Source: Orbicella franksi | Lineage: Eukaryota | Assembly: GCA_964199315.1 (NCBI GenBank) | Contig: OZ116706.1 | Span: 28,086,001 to 28,150,000 of the forward strand | DNA: 64,000 nucleotides | Direction of reading: 5' to 3' | Part shown: positions 59,901 through 64,000 of the stretch, one piece after another | Layout of the letters: each line of letters begins with the position of its first letter | Position numbering within the stretch: the first letter of the stretch is position 1 | Notes under the pieces: generated by a model | Database searches by the model: none | Seen by the model: only the letters and a program-made list of their open reading frames with translations | Told to the model about the DNA's origin: nothing | Program-made: the position numbers and the translations under genes

Positions 59901-60602
59901 CTAATTAACAATTAGATTACGAGCTCGAGATTTCTATTGCGTGATAGCTGATGAGGCATTTCATTTCTTATTTGCAACGATTCTTTTTTATTTGCGGCGT
60001 TTCATTTTTTATTTGCAGCTATTTTTTTAAATCTGCAGCGTGTCCCTAGTGGACCATCGTACAGAATAGATAGCAAGTAGCGTAGCCAATAAGAGAACGG
60101 CATTCGTGATAGAACGCGAGTAGATTAATACTAAATTTCCGACTGGATAAGCTTTCCAGTACTTCGAATGATTCAAATAATGCAAGCAGTGTTACTGATT
60201 CGGATCTCATTTTGTGTTATTTAAATTCTTCTAAAAAAGTAAAACAAAAAGTTGCATTCTTTTTTTTTGCTTAAGAATAACATTCGTTGTGGCAGCAACA
60301 GCTGTTTGTAAAACGCATGAACGACAGCAATAATTCACTAGCCCTCCTCCCCTCCCCGAAATGAAATTATACCGGCAAAATAAAGTTTAACTGGTCAGGT
60401 GTCTGTGAAATATTTGAAGTAGCTAAAGGCATTTAATTCCGTGTATTTTACTCGTTCGCTGGAGCGTGTGATCTCTCAATCTTGCCAGCCGGTTCTCGTA
60501 AAATTCTTTCCCTTAGATTACGCACTTTATCGAAATGTTCCATAAAAAAGCCAGAAATCTGACAGTGATGTCAGTGAGTACCTTATTTAATTGACTCTCT
60601 AA

Positions 60603-61010
60603 GGCCCAGTTCAGACGCCGAACTTTTCATGAGCCGAACCAAATACATTGAATTAAGTACATGAAAAGTTCGGCGTCTGAATCAGTTAAGAACGGCTATT
60701 TGAATTTGGAACGGCCCAGCCGTTCTTCCCGCCTAGCTCAGCCGGGAATTTCGGCTTTGGAACGGCTTTGATTCAGACGTCGAACTTTTCATAAGCCGAA
60801 CCTAATGCATAACTTATTATAACGTATTTTACAAGCAGTTTTTACTTTGCCTGAAAATCGCTGACATTTCGATGTGTTTTGGTTTAAACTAAATAAAGTT
60901 CGGCGAATTAAGTTCGACGTCTGAATCAACAGGTGTACTTTTGATAATTTGGATCGGTCCAAAGTCGAATTAAGTTCGGCTCATGAAAAGTTCGGCGTCT
61001 GAACTGGGCC
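60603..61010. mobile_element. PIF/Harbinger MITE, 408 bp, apparently young
   Basis: Perfect 37-bp TIR ggcccagttcagacgccgaacttttcatgagccgaac with a TAA target duplication on both sides. Confidence 0.85.
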
Positions 61011-61602
61011 TAAGCCTGGCGAAAAAAGTTGCAGGTTCTAAGTTTTAACGGCAAATGTGAATATGTTACCTTTAGCGGACTGAACACAATAAATAGTAAC
61101 AAAAATTCGGAACGCACTGAGGTTTGTTTTTGGATCATTATCATATCCACAAGAAAGTTAGAATGTGACGAGAACTCGGATGCGGAAATTCCATGTAATC
61201 AAAATGGCGGAGGTACATTCTTGAGTGTTTCTTCTTCGTCTGGAGACAACTTATTTATATTAAGGTGTCCTTTCTTAGAACCCGCTTGCGAGTTTTGACG
61301 CTTACCAACGACAGACGGCTACTGGCAGTAGGAGCCGGTTAACGGACGCAAGTTCCAAATTTCAACTTTCAAAACTTTCTGTTGATTCCAATTGAAACTG
61401 CATAATGGTTATGGCGTAGTTGTGCTCAGCCCTGGAAAGAATTTGCTTGTCCTGATGTTACAGTTTTAACATTAATGTTCAAATGGCTCATCTTAAGATC
61501 GACTCTTTCTCGCAGACGATCCTAAACAGGCGACTCTGATAAACCAAGTGCACTAAAGTCAACTGGTGGCTAAATGAACAGTCCAATATTGATATTCCAT
61601 AT

Positions 61603-61894
61603 TAGTATATACCACACAAGTGAATAGTGCTTTTTGCGCGCTCTGATTGGTTAACTCGGAGGTGATTAGCAAGTACTATTCACCTCCGAGCAGCCGGCGC
61701 CAGAGATTTTAAAATTTCCGACCGCTTTTCACACATAAAATAAAGTTTTGGTCCGCTAATTATTCAGCTTGTGTGGTATATACTAAAACAATTATTCACC
61801 TCAGTGTCGGTGAAAGTGATGGATATTTTCCTCGCCGCTTCACGGCTCGGTAAATATCCATCACTATTCACCCCCACTTCAGTGAATAATTGTT
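61603..61894. repeat. Twin-hairpin element (two adjacent inverted-repeat modules; possibly non-autonomous Crypton-like)
   Basis: tagtatataccacacaag (61603-61620) / cttgtgtggtatatacta (61768-61785), then aacaattattcac (~61787) / gtgaataattgtt (61882-61894). Confidence 0.5.
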
Positions 61895-62240
61895 AAATAT
61901 GTTGTTATTTCACCTATGTTCTTCCTTCCGGTGACATCAGTTTTAATAGGCTTATAAAATCAGTCTAGCGCAACGGAAACTTGTTGCTCATAATTTATGA
62001 AGTTGACTGAAACGTCAAATTATACCTGTACTGTAACAGTTGAGACCAAGGTACGCTTTCACTTATAACCGGCTGTTAACGCGCGCTGTTTAAACGAAAA
62101 TGAAAACCAAGTAGTATAGTGGTTCAATGGTTATGACTGCAGAAGTTTAGCTATAGAAAGAGCTGAAACCAGCCATAGATCATTTTCACGAGACGTCATC
62201 TCTTTCTATAATCCAAAACTGAAGAGCCCCCAAAGTTTTT

Positions 62241-62808
62241 GGGCGTCTGGAAAACCCGAATAGCGAATAGCGAATAGTCGCGAATAGCGAATAGTCCCGA
62301 ATAGTGCGAATAGTAGTGAACAATCGCGAAAAGCGGCGAATAGTGACGAATATAGTCGTCAATAGTCACCGTTTTCAGTAGGTCTAATATCCAGCGTTAA
62401 TTAATTATCCAGCGTTAATTAATTATCCAAATAAGCAACAGAATTTCAGTGAATTTATTAACTTTTCTTCTCCGGACTCAGGCTAGTAGGTTGTCCATCG
62501 CCGACATTAAGAAAACAGAAAACACAAGGATAACCTAATAAAGACGTATTTACGCTTTTGCAGCGGTTAAAACAGATGAAATTACGTTTAGAAACACCTT
62601 TTGTCCTGATAAGCGTCTGTGTTTTTTAGCGGGAAAATCCCATCCTAAGTTGCTTTGAGGTTGACTGCGAGATACTGGGTACCCTATTTGCTACTATTTG
62701 CCACTATTTGCCACTATTTGCCACTATTCGCCACTATTCGAGACTGTTCGCCACTATTCGCACTATTCGTACTATTCGCTATTCGCTATTCGGGTTTTCC
62801 AGACACCC
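62241..62808. mobile_element. MULE/Foldback-like MITE with a 9-bp TSD and subterminal tandem motifs
   Basis: TIR gggcgtctggaaaacccgaatagcgaatag versus its inverse (1 mismatch); aaagttttt at 62232-62240 and 62809-62817; GAATAG/CTATTC subrepeat arrays. Confidence 0.8.
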
Positions 62809-63094
62809 AAAGTTTTTATCCTTATCAGGCATAAGAGGCGGTAGATTTAAATCTGTTTGCAATTTTACAGCTCAATAGCGTGCTTCGTTTGGAAATCAGC
62901 TGAGCATTTTGAATTTCAGGGTTACGGAGGTGCTTGACACAAGGCTACGATCGAGTTTGTTGAAAAATATATACTTATCTCATGATTTTGAGCGTTTTTA
63001 GAAGTTAGAGCATTCGGAAATGTGCTTATGAAAATGTTTGTTTGCTCAGTACCTATAATCAGTCGTCTAGATAGCCAAAGTATATTAATTCCAA

Positions 63095-63339
63095 GGCCGG
63101 GTTGTTCGAAAGCCGGTTAACGCTAACACAGGATTAAAAGTTGAACGAAGTATTAATTTTTGTCGTATAGAAATGTTTTCCACCGCTTTACCTTATATTT
63201 TGGGTCGTTTGTGATTATTCAAACTCAAAACTGTCGGTCAAACAATATAAACAAAAAACTTCACTAAAAAGTTCCAAAAATGAAATCGAAATTCTCGCTA
63301 ATCTTGGGTTAGCGTAATCGAGATTTGAACAACCCAGCT
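63095..63339. mobile_element. PIF/Harbinger-type MITE
   Basis: ggccgggttgttcgaaagccggttaacgctaac ... gggttagcgtaatcgagatttgaacaacccagct. Confidence 0.55.
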
Positions 63340-63580
63340 CTGATTTCCGGCCGCCATATTGGTGTACCACGGATGTACACCAACATGGCGTTTTCATACT
63401 GGGCTCTGTAAATTTCCGCGAAGCATTTCGACGAATATCTGAAGTTTGGGGAAACGCATAGGCCTAAGACTTGGAGAAGTGTCTTATTTAGTTATCTTCT
63501 ATAACATCACAATTTCTTAGCTTTTTCCACTGGATGGTTTTCGATTTATTTTTTTATTGCCTGACAGTGAAAACGATCTG

Positions 63581-63780
63581 CAGTGAAACCTGTATTAAGC
63601 GGACCTCATATTAAGCGGACACCCTCTATTAGTGGACACCGGCTTGAGTCCCAAATTTTCATCCCATATTCACTGTACAATAAACCTGCATTCAGTGGAC
63701 ACCTCTGTTAAGCGAACGCGGACACCAATATTAAGCCATTTTGTTACACAAAATCTGCAATAAGTGGACACTTTAAGGCT
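63581..63780. mobile_element. Left part of a pogo/Tigger-like MITE
   Basis: Starts cagtgaaacctgtattaagcggac, with repeated (a/t)agcggacac/agtggacac motifs; no right TIR identified. Confidence 0.4.
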
Positions 63781-64000
63781 TTTTACTTCTAAAAGCTCAG
63801 TTCAGACACCTTTAACATTAATTGTTCAGCGATGTCGTTTTAAGCTAAGTATATTAATCCAGATTGATGCATTGACTGTCTGGTGGACATTGTGCCCTGG
63901 GCAGTCTTTCATCTTACACTGTGTTACGAAAGGGTTCATAATTAACTATTATATGCTGAAACTGTTTAGAATGGACACCCTGTGTTACGGGGTACTAGTA

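Noticed and set aside
62250-62800. CRISPR-like short repeats
   Set aside because: These are contiguous subterminal motifs of a TIR element with no unique spacers and no cas genes, in a eukaryotic context.

Overview
AT-rich, intron-containing animal genomic DNA. The gene content and repeat landscape suggest an anthozoan or stony coral, but this is inferred, not shown. There is one N gap at 56398-56534. I reconstructed five protein genes by hand from GT-AG junctions and reading-frame phase, all on the minus strand. (1) The 5' half of a Diaphanous-type formin (15 exons, 259-13979) includes a U12-type minor intron and a poly-Gly micro-exon. (2-4) Three intact NWD1-like STAND/NLR-type genes lie in tandem (18850-28788, 33302-41640, 45231-51861), each DUF4062-like + NACHT + WD40. 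All three begin with MGxxxS plus a basic cluster, an N-myristoylation/polybasic signature. In two of them this sits on a tiny first coding exon that the ORF track misses. Their DUF4062 exon is nearly identical in DNA (about 96% between paralogues A and C) while the WD40 sensor region is highly diverged. (5) An intron-containing gene (57616-59273) resembles bacterial-type Zn-dependent phospholipase C and carries a -1 frameshift. Introns and spacers hold many MITEs (Tc1/pogo, PIF/Harbinger, Kolobok-like, MULE-like), tRNA-derived elements, large microsatellites, a 111-bp-arm hairpin, and a Penelope-like fragment with a minimal hammerhead ribozyme. The best candidate for an undescribed system is the lipid-anchored NLR-like triplet with a homogenised effector exon and diversified sensors, next to a phospholipase C gene.
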